A stretch of 64,000 bases of DNA from Vermamoeba vermiformis (lineage: Eukaryota): the NCBI GenBank assembly GCA_045837725.1, contig JBEWZL010000270.1:124001-188000 (forward strand), given 5' to 3'. The position numbers were made by a program, and so were the translations under genes. Positions 14,001-27,888 of this stretch are shown in pieces (within the stretch, counting starts at the first letter, position 1; the number at the start of each line of letters is the position of its first letter). The notes beneath the pieces were generated by a model. The model ran no database searches. It saw only the letters and a program-made list of their open reading frames with translations, and was not told the DNA's origin.

Positions 14001-15079
14001 CCTGTGTTCGGCTACGAATTTTCATCATCTTCAACGCCTAATTCGGGCTCGCAAATTTCACCAGTGATGCCCAAGAATAACACTAGCAACAATACTTTTG
14101 ACGCCTTCACGAATATTTTCGCTACTTCAAGCAAGGCTAATAATAGCAGTAGCAGCAACACTTCTCCTGCACTCGTGCAAAAATCTGAGCCGACAAAACC
14201 AACCTCGCAAGACGATGACTTTTTCTCGCTGAATTTCAGTGCAGCGCCAAGTACGCAACCGAGTGCTGTTAAGACTACAGAGACCTCGAGTCCTTTAAGC
14301 ACGAACAACTCTGCAAATATCAAAATATCGTTCCCTGCGCCTGTCGCGATGCCTAAAAAGGTCGAGCCCGTGAACGGTGGAATTGCTAGTTCGGACAAAG
14401 AAACCGTAAGAAACACATAATAACACCAAAATATACTTATAATAATATATTTTTATGTTAGGACTCGTTCTTTACGAACCCACCGTCAGCTGTAAAGAGT
14501 TCAAGTGCCAGCAAGGACATCGATTCATTTTCAAGTTTTTCGATCGCACCGCCGCCTTCAAGCAAATCACCGACCTCAACGAACAATACTGCAAAGGTTA
14601 ATACAGCACCTAATGCAGCACTTCATTTTGATTTTACAGCGGCACCGATGACCCAAGCAGCACCTAGTGTCAGTTACGTGGACTCGAATCCTAAGCCCGT
14701 ACAGAATGATTTTTCATCGCTGTCATTTGACGCGTTTTCAGCTGCGCCTATTAATAGCGCCAATACTATTAATAGCACACCTGCACCATTGCAAATGACT
14801 CCGGTCACTAACACTAGCAATGCCGCTAACAATGCTGACGATGATTTCTTTGGAGGATTTCAAGCTGCAAATACAACAACTAGTCCTATGAACACTAATA
14901 ATAACAATATGAATAATATGACCGCTAATAATAATATGAATGCTAATAATAATATGTCTTCGCAACAATGGTTTGATTCGTTCAGCAGTGGATTTGATGC
15001 TGCACCACTGAACACTATGCAAAATAATACGGCTAAACCAAGTACTAATGCCAATGATTTGAGCATGTTTTTCTCGTAA
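11053..15079 (+). CDS. SCYL2: SCY1-like (SCYL2/CVAK104-type) pseudokinase with HEAT repeats and a low-complexity tail
   Basis: MGNQ...GGPGSAW/KIY; LSKLRHPFIIRV; degenerate catalytic loop IVHLNIGPENIFI; WKLGGF; APE...SDVFSLGCL; helical repeat exons; S/N-rich tail with DDDFF motifs. Confidence 0.85.
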
Positions 15080-15300
15080 CAAATAAATACGGTGGATGTG
15101 TTTGTAGAAAGTGATGTTCGCCAGATCCGAAGAGAAAATCAGCTCTTAAGTGTAGAAAATCAAGCAATCTGTTTATGACAAATCATTATTCATCAAAAGA
15201 TCAAAACAAGAGAATAATGTAAGAAATTGATGACGTGTGGATTTTGCCTTTGGCATAAAAATCTTTTGCCATCAAATTTTCAAGCACAACAACACGAAAG

Positions 15301-18290
15301 ATGGCGTCGCTACCAAAGGATATTCAAGATGCGTTTCATACGTTGTATAACGATGTTCAAGCGTTTAAAGTGAACAGCGCTTTGGAAATGGGGGAGAAAA
15401 TGCAAGAAAATCCGGATGGGCTCGTCGAAATATTAGAATATGCATCAAATATAGAAGATAGTACACTATTAACACATATTTTGGTGGAGATGCTTCGCGT
15501 TTTTGATTTAGGTAATTTTAATTAATTTTTCAATTGTGATCTAAATTATTTCCTAGAAAACGTTGACGTTTTCATGCTGCCTCGTCTTGCATTATACTGC
15601 GGTAGTATCATAGAAATGGGAGCGAACCCTGAAGCAGGTAAGATTGAATCACGATGAGATCTACTGGCAAATCCACGTTTATTGATGATTTTTGTTTAAA
15701 CAGGCTTAGAAAAGATTTTTAATAACGTTAAGGCACTTTTACCACGTGCCTTAAAAGTGGTCTCCTTACTTAAGCAGTATTCAGTCGATTATCAAGAAGC
15801 TTTGGCCGTACCAATCGAGATCCTCGACAAATTATTGAAAATTACGCAAGTAATTACGCTCGACGACGTCAAGGCTTGGAAATTATTCAAATTTGCAGTA
15901 TTGCCTTTTATGGCAATTCTTGCTCGCAGCAAAACATGCCGGTACGTCGAAACTAAATTTCAATACCAAAAAAACCCCTCTATTAACGGCCGTAATTATG
16001 CGATTATAGCGATATTGTGCGTCAAGACTCGTTGTTTAAAACAGCGATTGATACAATGGTCAAAATTGAAGGACAGGTACAAAACAGAACTATTTTTGCC
16101 GATCCAGATCCTTACATTATAAACAATTATACTAAAATAACTCCAATAATAACAATTTATAGTTATTTATAGTACTAGTATTCTAATTTTTATATTGTGC
16201 TTAGAAAACTAGTTTGAAGAGTTCCACGTACTACGTCAAATCCATTCTCGAAGTCGCAGAAGGCTTTGAAGTCACGGTGCTGCATCCCAAACTGAAACAA
16301 GGTTGTGTTGTTGAGCCTGTGGGCATTCAAAACTGCTTTCAATTCTTCACTTTGTTGCAGGTACGTTATCCAACCTCGACCTTTTGATTTTTTCAAACGA
16401 AGTGGATCTAATTATTTTTTTGTTAACATGTTCTGCGAAGGCAATTTAATTTGAAATATTACTGAATTTTTTAATGCATTTTAAAATTATTATAAATTAA
16501 TTATTCTATACTTAAAACTAATTTCTTTTCAGAATGCGTTGTCAGTTAAATCCTGGGACCAAAAGATAACAGTGCCAAGAGAAAGTATTGATAAGACGGT
16601 TGAAATTGCGAAGGGCGAGGCGGAGATTACAAACGAAGGATTTTACGACGCCAATCAGTGGGAATATTATCACTGGACTATTTTGCATCCGAATAACAAA
16701 CGTAGGTTACAAGAATATTAATTAATTTCAATTTTAATTAATTCTATTATTTATATAGCTGTTTCTATTGACGGATATCTGCAACTTCAAGATCTGATGA
16801 AAATTTCGTTTGGCGCTGGTACACCTGAAGTACCTGTAGTCGTATTAGAAGAAGTTCAAACTGTGGCCCGATGGAACGCAAACCTGTTTTGTCCGATTCA
16901 TCCTGCTCTAAAGTATGTCACTTGAATTTAAATTGACACTACTTGTGACACGTGTCAAAAAATTGATGACGTGCACTTGTTAATTAATTAGCACGAAACA
17001 AATGACACGTGTCATGCAATATTTTTTCACGTGTCAAAAAAAGTTTTTTCATGAACGAAGTTTTAACGGTGTATTTTGTCAGGTCTTCGGTGAAAGTGAA
17101 GAAGATTTTGAGCGCTAATGAAGTCCAAGAGATTGTCGCTCAGATCAAGACCTACAATGGCACACCTGTCGAGCCCAAACCAGCAATGACCGAAGAACAA
17201 AAATTGAAAGAGGCTCGTACTGAATTAGCTAGAAAAGGCTCGTTATTGATGGTCGATTTGATGAAAGAAAAATACCCTGAATGCGAGATCGAGTACGATG
17301 AAGAATCTGAAAGGTAATTTCCAAATTAGGAAATAACTTCATCGCGCTGTATTATTAACAAAATTGTTATAGAATTATCACAGGCATGAAAGATATTACT
17401 GTCGGTCTTAATGTCATTAGCATTACTGCTGCACCAAAGGTACGATCGTGAATTTTCATGAAAAAGCCTAATCTCACAATATATGCGCAGGGAACGTTTA
17501 TTTTCCATAAATGGGAAATTTTCTTGACGCCTGAAGACGAAGAAGGCATACAAATGTTCAGCATGTGCATGGGTCAAACGCCTGAAAAAGCTTTGTTAAG
17601 TGGCGGACGTGAATGGCTCGACGGAACATTTCACACTGTAGTTAAAGGCTTGGTCTTGCCCAATGCAAAATCTGAAGCCCAATTGGCCACCACAAGGTAA
17701 CGTAACAATATTTCCATTTTAGGAAGACTCGTTGTTAATACTTTTATAGAACCAACGGTCAATTGATTAAGTCTTGGGAGATGTACGGCGGAGATTTTCA
17801 GATTACAGCACTCGACGAGGAGTTTGAGACAGTAAAACTGAGTGCCGAACACGAGAAGATATTTTTGGACGCGTAAGAATTCATTTGTGCTAACATAGCA
17901 TACTCGAAATTCTCAGAATTTTAACGTTATTATTTTGTTCAGACTCGCTGCCAGTACGCCAGTAGCGATATTTTTGCAGCCCTTATTGGACTTTTTGAAC
18001 GAAGCCGACGACGACTTAGGTAGGCTTTTTTGAGAATAGGCGTGAATTCTTTATAATACTAATATATGTGCTATTTCTCAATTGTAGACTTAGCGTGGGT
18101 CAAAATTTATTTGGCGAAAACGAAAGACGGAGAATTCAACGGCGAGATTGTGATTAACAACGGACACGTGCCTGAAGGCTTGGAGATATTGAAGAGCAAG
18201 TTTAAGTGGCCCGAAGAGATTCCTATTGGCGGCATATTATCGTTCAGAAAGTTTTACGTCTTGAAAGTCGTTGGTACTACGAAAAAATAG
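15301..18290 (+). CDS. Multi-exon hypothetical protein: helical N-terminus, C-terminal region resembling DUF6348
   Basis: Continuous spliced frame from MASLPKD to ...KVVGTTKK*. The C-terminal segments MGQTPEKALLSGGREWLDGTFHTV and WVKIYLAK...GEIVINN...KWP recall bacterial DUF6348 (from memory, unverified). Confidence 0.6.
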
Positions 18291-18688
18291 ACTGAGGTTG
18301 ACCTGTACATAGATCCTTTTTTTAAAGTAAATTTTAACTGCTGTTGTTGTTTCATCGGAATTGAAGCCGTATTGTAGCCATAGATTCATCTTCGTTCGGG
18401 AAAAAGTACCATGGTACTTCAACCAGGGAGTTAATGGGACGAAGTCATTGCTTTCATTTTTTGGCAGATCGTGAAATTTTTAATGTTAATCGACAACCTT
18501 TTAACTCTCATCTTAATTATGATCGTAAACTAGATGTGCCCTCCAAAATTACATCGTTTCTTGATCGTTTGTGAACCGATGAAGTGCTTCACAAAAAATT
18601 TACTGGGTGAAATCAGTAAGTTAATTTTAAGTCCAAGTCCGAGATGCAACAAACAAGAGGATAAATAAATGTACGGTGGAAAATAATA

Positions 18689-21038
18689 ATGTTGCGACCT
18701 ACGATACTTCAAGCTAGCAAGCGGATGCTGTCACATCTGACCGGAAAACCAGAACAACCCACAACTAATTGTTTATATTTTTCTTCGAGCAAACAAAATA
18801 TTAGTAAGGTACTAAGCGCAAAACTGCAGCATTCTAGATTTATTAAATATAAAATATTAATGAAAATTATTTTTCATTCGCTCGTTATACTAGATGATTC
18901 TAATTATTATGAAAATTAATAACAATTTTTATTATTAAGAATCGAAGTAAATTCACTCGGATCCAGCACAAGTATACTGGAAAAAATTCATCTGGCCAGA
19001 TCAAGCGCTCGTACACGACCTACAATGAAGATAAAGTGAAGAAAAGCGAAGAACCAATTCCAATAAAGACAATGCTGAAGACGTTTTTCAGATTAGTCCA
19101 TCCTGACTTCTTCAGTGATTATCCCGCCGAAAAAGTAAGCTACAGATCCGCCTGAAAAAACAAATTAAGCTAAATTAGACCAAACTAATATTCCACCAAT
19201 ATTTTAAAGACATACCGACAAAATTAATTTGTATTTTTTGTTGTGCGAGTAAGATCGAATCTGATCGATTTTATGCAGGAAGAAAATGAGAAGTCCTTTC
19301 AAGCTTTGCAAAGTTTCTTGAATTCTTTTCAAGAAATGAGACCCACGCTCGAAGTATACGACATGCATTTCTATTTACGGTCATTAAAAGAGGAAAAAAC
19401 TCCGCAGCAACAAGCGACACCAGCATCTGCTTCAAAAGATGAAAAATCCGATTCAAAAGTTGATAAAAATATCGACAATAATAATAGCCCGAAAGAGCAA
19501 ACGGAGAAAAAAGCAGCAGAACAACAGAAGCCGAAATTTCGTCAAGTGGCGATCAAATTTATGTCTCCAGGTACTTATTTCGTTTCTCCTTTTATCTATG
19601 CTTATTATATGGACTATTGTAGTGTTATTTTATTTACTAAAGTATTAATTACGATAATTTTTTGGGCAGATCCGGCTTCATCTACTGAAGCCAAGGACAA
19701 ATACCTCGAACGGTGTTTAGCACGATTGTTCACAATGTGTGGCATGAACAATCCTGTCACAGCGCAAGGATATTCATCTGGGGTGACTATGACTGATATC
19801 AATCAGCAAGCTACAAAGCAAGCGGATCCGGTCGGTCTCGTAAACTTCTTAAACAAGACATGCCAATTCGCCAAACAAAGAGTAAGCATTGATTTAAATA
19901 TAATAGTATATACATATATTAATATACATATAGACGCAAGAAAGATTGAATTTTGAACGACAAGTCGACTTCGCCAGATCCGCATTGTACATCCAGTTCA
20001 AAGTTAAAATCGTCTTTGAAATTCCTGAGGTAATATTTCAATTGTAATATATGCTTAGTATTTATATATTATATAGGAGGAGCTGCCTAATAACGTCATT
20101 ACACAACTGAAAAATCAATACGATTTGTTGTTGAAGCTAGAACGAGCGTTAAAAACTTACCAAAAAGCTGATCGTAAGCAAAAATAGCCTTATATAGTAA
20201 AAATCACTACTAATGTTCTTAATTTAGCTAAGGGAATCGAAAATTTGGCCAAAGTCGCTGTTGTTTTCGGAAAATCAACGGGTGTTGATAAAATGGCCCG
20301 AGCGAATATTGTTTACACTGACAGCGAAGAGCAGTGGATTGACACGTTGAAAAAAGTTAGTGGCGAAACAATTGCAAAGATTAGAGAAAACGCAAAGACA
20401 CGGTCGGAGAAAGAAAAACAAGTCGGACAATTACTTGGCGTGGCTTATTTTTACTCCGATTATCACGTGTCAAGTACCGACGAGTACACGGAGTTTTTGG
20501 ACAGAGTAGCGGAACAATTCAAAGCCACAAAAGCTCAGTACAAATTCCCGACAGTAAAAGATGGCCTCAGATCCCTCAAGATCCGAGTTGTCAATCCAGT
20601 CGACACGCCTTCAGTTCGTCCATATTCAGTCGATTACTATACTTGTGTTATAGTCATTCCTATGGGCTGTCAACCGGCACAATTGTTTGAATTTATCGAT
20701 GAACGAGGATTCGAGACAGGTGAGTTTAGCGATACTTTCCTAATATAGTAATGTTAATGATCGTTTGTTTAGTGAATAAGTACAACGAAGGTCTCAAGGA
20801 GAGTGGATTGCTGCATAGTCATATCAACAAAGTGAAGACCTCGTTGAGATTAAGGGCCTTGACTTACGAGTCGGACATTCGTAGCAAAGATCTGATCAGT
20901 TGTTTGGCTCGATTGACCATTCACTTCTCGAAGATTGATTTGCAGTTAGATGGAGTTAGGTTGCATATAGGACATCAATATGATCTTAGAAAAGAGGATG
21001 GTACCATTACAATCAAATGGAATTACGCGTTAGAATAA
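18689..21038 (+). CDS. TCAIM: TCAIM-like mitochondrial protein (DUF4460/DUF4461)
   Basis: Basic presequence-like start MLRPTILQASKRML; LKTFFRLVHPDFFSDYPAEK/EENEKSFQALQSFL, the J-like DUF4460 motif; C-terminus DGTITIKWNY. Confidence 0.75.
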
Positions 21039-21400
21039 AACCTAAAATTTCATCTCACAAGCACTCCTTGCTCTCAATTTATATTTATTCGATAAGCGAT
21101 GACCGGCAATACATTTCGAAATGTTGCAACTTGGTTACAAGACTCCACAACCTTTGATCGGACATTGTGTGATTCCAAGGAATGAAACGAGAAAGTGTAC
21201 GAACAGCTATACATAACCGCTGCCAGAAGCGTCTGTCCCATTATGCACACGTGCGTACATTGGGACGAAGTGGTTACGGACCTCGAAGTCCATTTCGAAA
21301 GGATTTAAAGGTCGATGGATCTCAGTTTCATTCATCAGTTCAATCGAACGAACAACAACAACAAAAACGCAACAATTTGGTTACCTATCATAATTTCATC

Positions 21401-22043
21401 ATGGCACTTGCAATGAAAAGAGCTGTCGCTGAATTCGAGACCGGCAAAGGCCTCACCAACTTGAACGAAGAATTGGCCAAGATCAGTCCCAACTTGAAGG
21501 CTTCCGTCGACGTTGAGTCCATTAAGGCTTTACAGGTACATATTTATTGATTATATCGTATCAATTACTGCTCCGAACCACATTTCACTTAACGTCTAAA
21601 ATTCCGTTACAAGATTAAGTTTTAACGAAAATAATTTGTTATTATTCCTGGATTAGTAGACATGTCGTATTATTATTGACAATATAATTTTGTAGGGCAA
21701 GTACCAATGGAGCAGCAATGAAGAAGTTGACGCTCCTGTCGCTGTGTTGAAACACTTCACCCGCGAGTATAACGTGCTCAAGACCATCGTCGACGCCTTT
21801 AAGAAGATCACTAAGGACGCTATTGGCAAAGAAGCAATTCAATCTGAGGTCGAGAAGGTCCTCATTAGCGTCGTTCAAGATCCGTCTCAAGTTGGCACAT
21901 ACGCTGTGTCCTGGAAGGTTGAGAAGAAGGACAAAGAGTTCCATATTACCGTTATCGGTGATTGGCCCTCCAAGGCTAAAGACTCCAACAACGGCTACCC
22001 TGCTGAAGACGATTTGGCCAAACTCATTGAAGCCGCTTTGTAA
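21401..22043 (+). CDS. Small two-exon hypothetical protein (about 160 aa), probably highly expressed
   Basis: MALAMKRAVAEFE...ALQ / intron ~21536-21695 / GKYQW...KITKDAIGKEAIQSEVEKVLI...LIEAAL*. Strong C-ending and AAG codon bias. Confidence 0.8.
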
Positions 22044-22735
22044 ACTCGTCGCTCAAACCACCGGATCCAAACTTTTCGGAATTACAAAATTTGTCGTTTA
22101 TTCGGCAATACTTACTAATAAAAGTTAAAGCTTTGCTTATTTCGTATATTTATATAAACAAGGGTTGTATCTAAGGTCAACTAAATGACTCGGAAAATGT
22201 GATTTGAAATTCTGCTGCCCATTCCTTTTGCACCCGAAACATTACCACCAACGACTACATTAGTCATGGAAGATATCTTGACTCGTACGTTTTAAAGATG
22301 TTTCATGGTATTGAAGTTCACCTACGCAATATCATTTTTTGGAACCTATTACAGCCAGGAACCTCGCACTCCAGAGCGTACGGAAGACTCACACTTCGAC
22401 AATGATTACTTTGCATTTGAATAGTTCCGTACTTTGCTGAACTTTTTAGTTGTCTATTCTAGAATAAAATTATGAGTTTCTTCTTCGCAGCTTACTTACT
22501 TTTTTATTCAAATTACTTACATGATTTACGCAACGGGGCTTGTGTACGCAACTTGCTGATTTGCAAGCTGCTCAAGAAATTAGCACAAAGATAAAGATAG
22601 CTTGCAACTGCGTTCGCGTCGTCGCACTTCGACAGCGAAAGAGACAATAAATTTTTGGCCGTTTTTCTTTCAGTTTACTAAATAGTCTTTCTTAGACGCA
22701 ACTACTATCATCAATATTATTTCCAAAGTATAGTA

Positions 22736-24467
22736 ATGACTAAACAGGCTTTGGTTTTAGTATTGGCACTGGTTTCGGCAGTTGCTGCTATAAGCGTTGA
22801 ACCGATCTGGGTATCTCCAAAAAATTCATCTCAGTTGGATAAACGTAAGTCATAATATTTGTATGTATAATATTATAATTGCTTGGGAGGCGTAGGAAAA
22901 AACAAATTTAATTTTGAATTTTAATTTTAACAAGACACCTTGCGTTCTTTACTACCGATCTTCGGAAAATAATTATTAACTCGAGCTATAATTATAGCTA
23001 GCATTTTGGAGAGTTTTGTGGCAGAAAAAGGAGTATGGGCGGATGTACCCAATGGAATTGGCGCACGCGGTGGTCCTAGCGTCCATTTCGATTCAAAAGG
23101 TATAATATGGATTGTGGGTGGATCTTACGGTGAAGGTACATTCCTAAATGCTGGTTGGAACTACAATCTGGACTCGGATCAGTACAGATGGGTTGCTGGT
23201 CAGGCTCAATCTACTAGCCGCTATCAGAACTTAGGTACAAAGGGCATAGAAGGTCCCGATGTATTTCCTGGTTATTTAGGCGATGCAAGCACATCCGTTA
23301 TAGATTCAAAAGATCAAATCTGGATTTACGCCGAAAACAGTTTGTTTCGTTGGAACACTTCAAATGGATATTTTACTTTTCTAGGAGGAGACCCTTCATC
23401 TGCGCTTGGACCTTCTGTTCCAGGCACTCCTGGCGAGCCTTCACCGGATGTGTGGCCCGGCGGGATCGACAGCGCTTGTATGGTACTGGATTCGCACGAC
23501 AATTTTTGGCTTATTGGTGGTATGGTTGCTATCAACGGAAAGAATTTCGTTTCTAATACAGTATGGCATTATAATACGACTTCTGGGTACTGGACATTTG
23601 TGTACGGCAACACGACTGGATCCGTCGACAATAATTTCGCGGAAAATATTTTTGGCGGCAGAACTCAATTCGCGTGCGAAATTGACGAAAGTGATCGAAT
23701 TTGGGTTTTTGGCGGATTTAAGTTCGATGATCTTGGATATTTTTATGCTATGGGAGATCTGTGGGCATTTAATACTTCAACTTGGACTTGGACTGCAATT
23801 ATGCCAGAAGACTTAAATACTAAACCAATCATCGATATACGTAACGAATTTTCTCCGAATAATCGACCCGGATCCCGGTACAACCATCGAATGATCAACA
23901 GATTAGACAGAACTTGTCGTAGGAGGATATCAATCAGCTGATACGTATATACTTTACTATGATGACGTGTGGTTATTCAATTTAACAACGTACGAATGGA
24001 AAATAGTTTTCGGTGCGGAAAATTTGACCGTCGCTACAAACCTGGAGCACACTAATTACAGAACACCTGGATCTGTTCTTGGCTACCGAGGACTCTACGG
24101 TGTGGCTCGTGGAAAAACTAATAAGGGTCAATTTTTGATTGTTGGTGGTGTCACCGCTGAAACGAGAGTAAAAGACATGTGGATTATTCCGCGTGATCTT
24201 TGCAGCCTTGGCCAGGGCGGTTGTTTGCAAGAGGCCACGTGCTTGATTGAAAACGAATGGCGCAACGCTTGCATGTGTCCTGATGGCCTTGTTGGCGACG
24301 GAAAAACTTTCTGCGACACTCCGGCCCCAGTGGCAACTCCCATGAGCGACGCACCTGTTGCAAGTCCTGTTTTGACACCTGTCAAACCTCCAACGCAAAA
24401 AACATCTGACGCGATGAAACTAACTTGCATTTTGAGTCTCATTTCTATAACCGTCAGTTTGTTGTAA
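22736..24467 (+). CDS. Secreted kelch-repeat plus EGF-like surface protein with a hydrophobic (GPI-like) tail; contains an apparent frameshift near 23911
   Basis: Signal peptide MTKQALVLVLALVSAVAA; repeated WxxGG...VWxYN kelch blades; C-x5-C-x4-C...CMCPDGLVGDGKTFC EGF-like domain; P/T-rich stalk; hydrophobic end. Confidence 0.8.
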
Positions 24468-24528
24468 TGCTATTAGATAAATAAATAGATTTTATAGATT
24501 TACCGTAGTTTTGTCTTATTTCCCTTTT

Positions 24529-27500
24529 TTATTCTCGTAGCAGCGCGTTTCGTACTTCGGCTGCAAAATTTACAGGCGCAATTTGATCTATTCTGTACAA
24601 ACTTGTATCGTACTATAGGAATCGACATTAGAAAGGTTAATTAGGTGCTCCATAGTATTATTTTTGCAATATTTACCAAGGATAGTGACACTCGATACCA
24701 CGCTAAAGCGGGTAAAACAGTCGATTTTTTCGCGTCAGGCATGTTTGTGAATTCTTTTGCGGAAATTCTCAGCAATTCCTAAGCAAGGTTAGTTCATGAA
24801 AACACTATACCCGGCACCTGCATCAACTTACATTGTCCACTCGCGGTGCTGCAAATACGTCAAGCTCAGTTATTCCGTCAGAAATGGTCCACTTGACATT
24901 GTACGCAATTCCAATCTCCGATGAAGTTTCTTCAATAAGATTCATCAGCGGAACATTAGGCGGCCTATTCATGTGACTACTAGGCGTCGCTTTGATCGGA
25001 CTTTGTGACGCAAATGGTAACATGTGTGCTGACTTTAATTCGACAATATTTCTCTCGTCGAAATCAATTGATTTTTTGCACATGTCGCAATTGTATATTC
25101 CAGGGCCTGTTTGTGTTAGGTTGCCGTAACACGTCGAATGTAAAATATTATAGTCAAGGTCAAACATCATACTATAAATGACATAATGATATGATAGAGC
25201 TAGTGTTGTTAAGGATATGAATAAAATGTGTTGGCGGATCCAAGAATTCAAAGTCGATAAAATCTGCTTTGACGATAAAACTTTGCAGTCGTTTTTCTAC
25301 GGAGTCTTTTAACGGCCGTGCTGGGACCAGCGCTAACGAATTAACTAGACCAGGTAATTCACTAACTATAATAATAAAGCATTAGTATTTCATAATTTTA
25401 TTAATATTTCATAATATTATCATAAATGCGTGTCAAACATTCTTCTTACCATTTAAAATATCGCCTTTTGATTTTTTGCTGCAATTCGCGGTCAACATTT
25501 TGTTACCATTTGGCGCCATTTTTTCAACATCAATATCAACGCCCATTATAAATACGATGGACCCCGGCAAGCACTGTGCTGCTTTTAATCCAACAGAGTC
25601 GTATATAGTCACACAAATTTGTTTTCCGTCGGTCAGATCCTGCACGAAAAAAAAATGGTAAATTTCCTTTTGTAATTTCTTGCACTTACCTCGCATAAAA
25701 AAACATATCGAGTAACTGTTCGGCCGGCATTATTATTAGGGCTCTAAATGAATGTTAGTTTCATTAACGGCGTCCACATTTTGACACGTGTCATGTAATG
25801 TAAGCGAGGCGGGTAGTACGTACAAATAATTTCCCAGAAAGTTTTAGCAGCAATGAATTTCCACATGTCTGTGGTTTCCAATCACGGGACGTAATTCGCT
25901 CTGGAAAATATTTCATATCTTTCACGCCCTAACGTAACAACATTAGAATCATTAGACCATCCATCGACATACTTACTTCTTCATTGATTTGCGTTAAAAA
26001 GTGCGACTGAGAGGATGGTTTGCTCGGACTGCAGTAAGACATAACTTCCTAATTAGGAAAAAGGGATCCGTTAGCCCGATTAACCTTGACAAGCATTATT
26101 TTACGTACTTGTTTGTATGACTGTGGCAGTACGTATAATACAGTATCGTAGCTAATATAGGCACATCCGTCTTGGCCCCATTCAGGATTTTCAACGAAAA
26201 TTGTATCGTGCTAGAACGCATGTTCAGTGAACATTTTCTTATTTGGTAATAGTCGCTTACCTTCTTAACCATCTTCTGGTACCTTGTAAAGGCATCTCCG
26301 TGCAATATTAATGTAAAAAATGTATTGAGGTTGTTTTTGTCGGGATATAAAAAGAGCTTTTTCCGCTGTCTCGCAGGCTCGTGTAATGTCTTCATGAGCT
26401 GGATCCAAAAAAGATTAGTCCTCATATTCAATACCCGCATCATAATTTAATGTTACTTACAACTCCTTTTATCATATTTGAAGGCTGGTTGTGCAGTTGA
26501 TCCGCTGTGCTAAATTGTGAAAATTTGTGCAGATCCTCTTGTGCGAGAGTAAATATTATGAATTCTGTTGGTAATAAACAAACATTGACGTTCTTTTCTG
26601 AATAAAGGTAATAGCATATTAGTAACTTAACGGTTTCAGATCAGATCCGCAAAAGATCTTACCTAAAGCAGCAGGAACATCATAAAGCATTTGTGCGCCG
26701 GATAATTTTAGTTTACGGCCCTAGAAAAATTATTTATATTATTTGTATGTTAGAAAAATAATTTAGATCTTCGTCGCAAACGCTAGGTTCTCGGAAACGA
26801 CAACGTCCTAAAAAGGCAAGTGGCCCGAGAAACTGAGCTGTACTTACAGGAACTAATAGATTGTACCGAGTATAGACTGATTTAAATATACTCGATTGTC
26901 GGTGCAAAATTAAATCGATATTCTTGGAACTGACATTATCGGACAACGACAAAATCACTACAGTACGATTAGTAGTGCTAAATAAATATTACGATTAATC
27001 TTACTATTCCCAACTTTATCTTCTTTCACTGAATCAATCTCTAATTGATAAATTTCATCCGCAGAAATCGCGTTCGATTCGTAGATTGTATTGATTTGGT
27101 CCTTGGCTGCAAATACAAAATAACTTAGATCGACGATATTAATATTTAATCATAAAATGTATATATACTTTCAGATTATGTATATACAAATTATTTTCGT
27201 GCATTAAGAAAATAATTAATTTTTACCGTTTGCAAAGCCGGACTTCCATTGCACGCTGTAATCCTCCCACTACATAAGCAACATTAGTATTACGATATAT
27301 GAGTATAATACATACCATTTGATGCAAATCTGTTAATAAGGCGACATCTGTAACACCTTTTGGGAATCGTTGAAGCAACGAAATGAGGTTGTGACATAAC
27401 CAATTCCTATTCGTCCAAAAAAATTAAAATAATTTTCAATCGTTTGCTTTACGTATAATATATTAGAATTTTGATATTTATCGTGCCTTGTGAGGGAAAA

Positions 27501-27667
27501 AAATTATTTAAATTTTTAGATCACGCTTACCAAGGAATTATTATCGGCGAATCGTCTCCATTTGCATTAATATTATTTCCATTATTTATATTTTTTCTTT
27601 GCTCTTCGGCTGTGACCACCTTCGTGAGCGCCTCGCGAATCCGATCAACGAAAGCAATAAAATCCAT
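24529..27667 (-). CDS. Multi-OB-fold nucleic-acid-binding protein resembling the Cdc24 OB-domain family
   Basis: Many short exons: MDFIAFVDRI..., WLCHNLISLLQRFPKGV, LLPTEFIIF, FFVQDLTDGKQICVTIYD, HSTC...YNCDMC (Zn ribbon), WTISDG, YRIDQIAPVN. Confidence 0.6.
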
Positions 27668-27888
27668 TTTAATTCGTACTATCGCCTGTTGTCTTTCGTA
27701 TAGTGTATCATTGTAGCTAAGGGCTTCTAATCTATTGCAAATAGTTCAAAAAAAAAATTGAGCGCACTTTTTGAACGTCACTTTTCTCGCCTTCTCAAGC
27801 AAATTTCAAAGCCAAAAGACTAACCAATAATCAACCACAATTGCATTAATAAACTTACGACATACTACAAATACTATAGCATTGCGCA

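Noticed and set aside
14875-14960. AAT-rich microsatellite
   Set aside because: Encodes the Asn-rich tail of the SCYL2-like protein; ordinary low complexity.
21182-21400. N-terminal extension of the 21401 gene predicted by the ORF track
   Set aside because: It lacks the codon bias of the gene and looks like promoter/5' UTR (CAA-rich leader). ATG 21401 is preferred.
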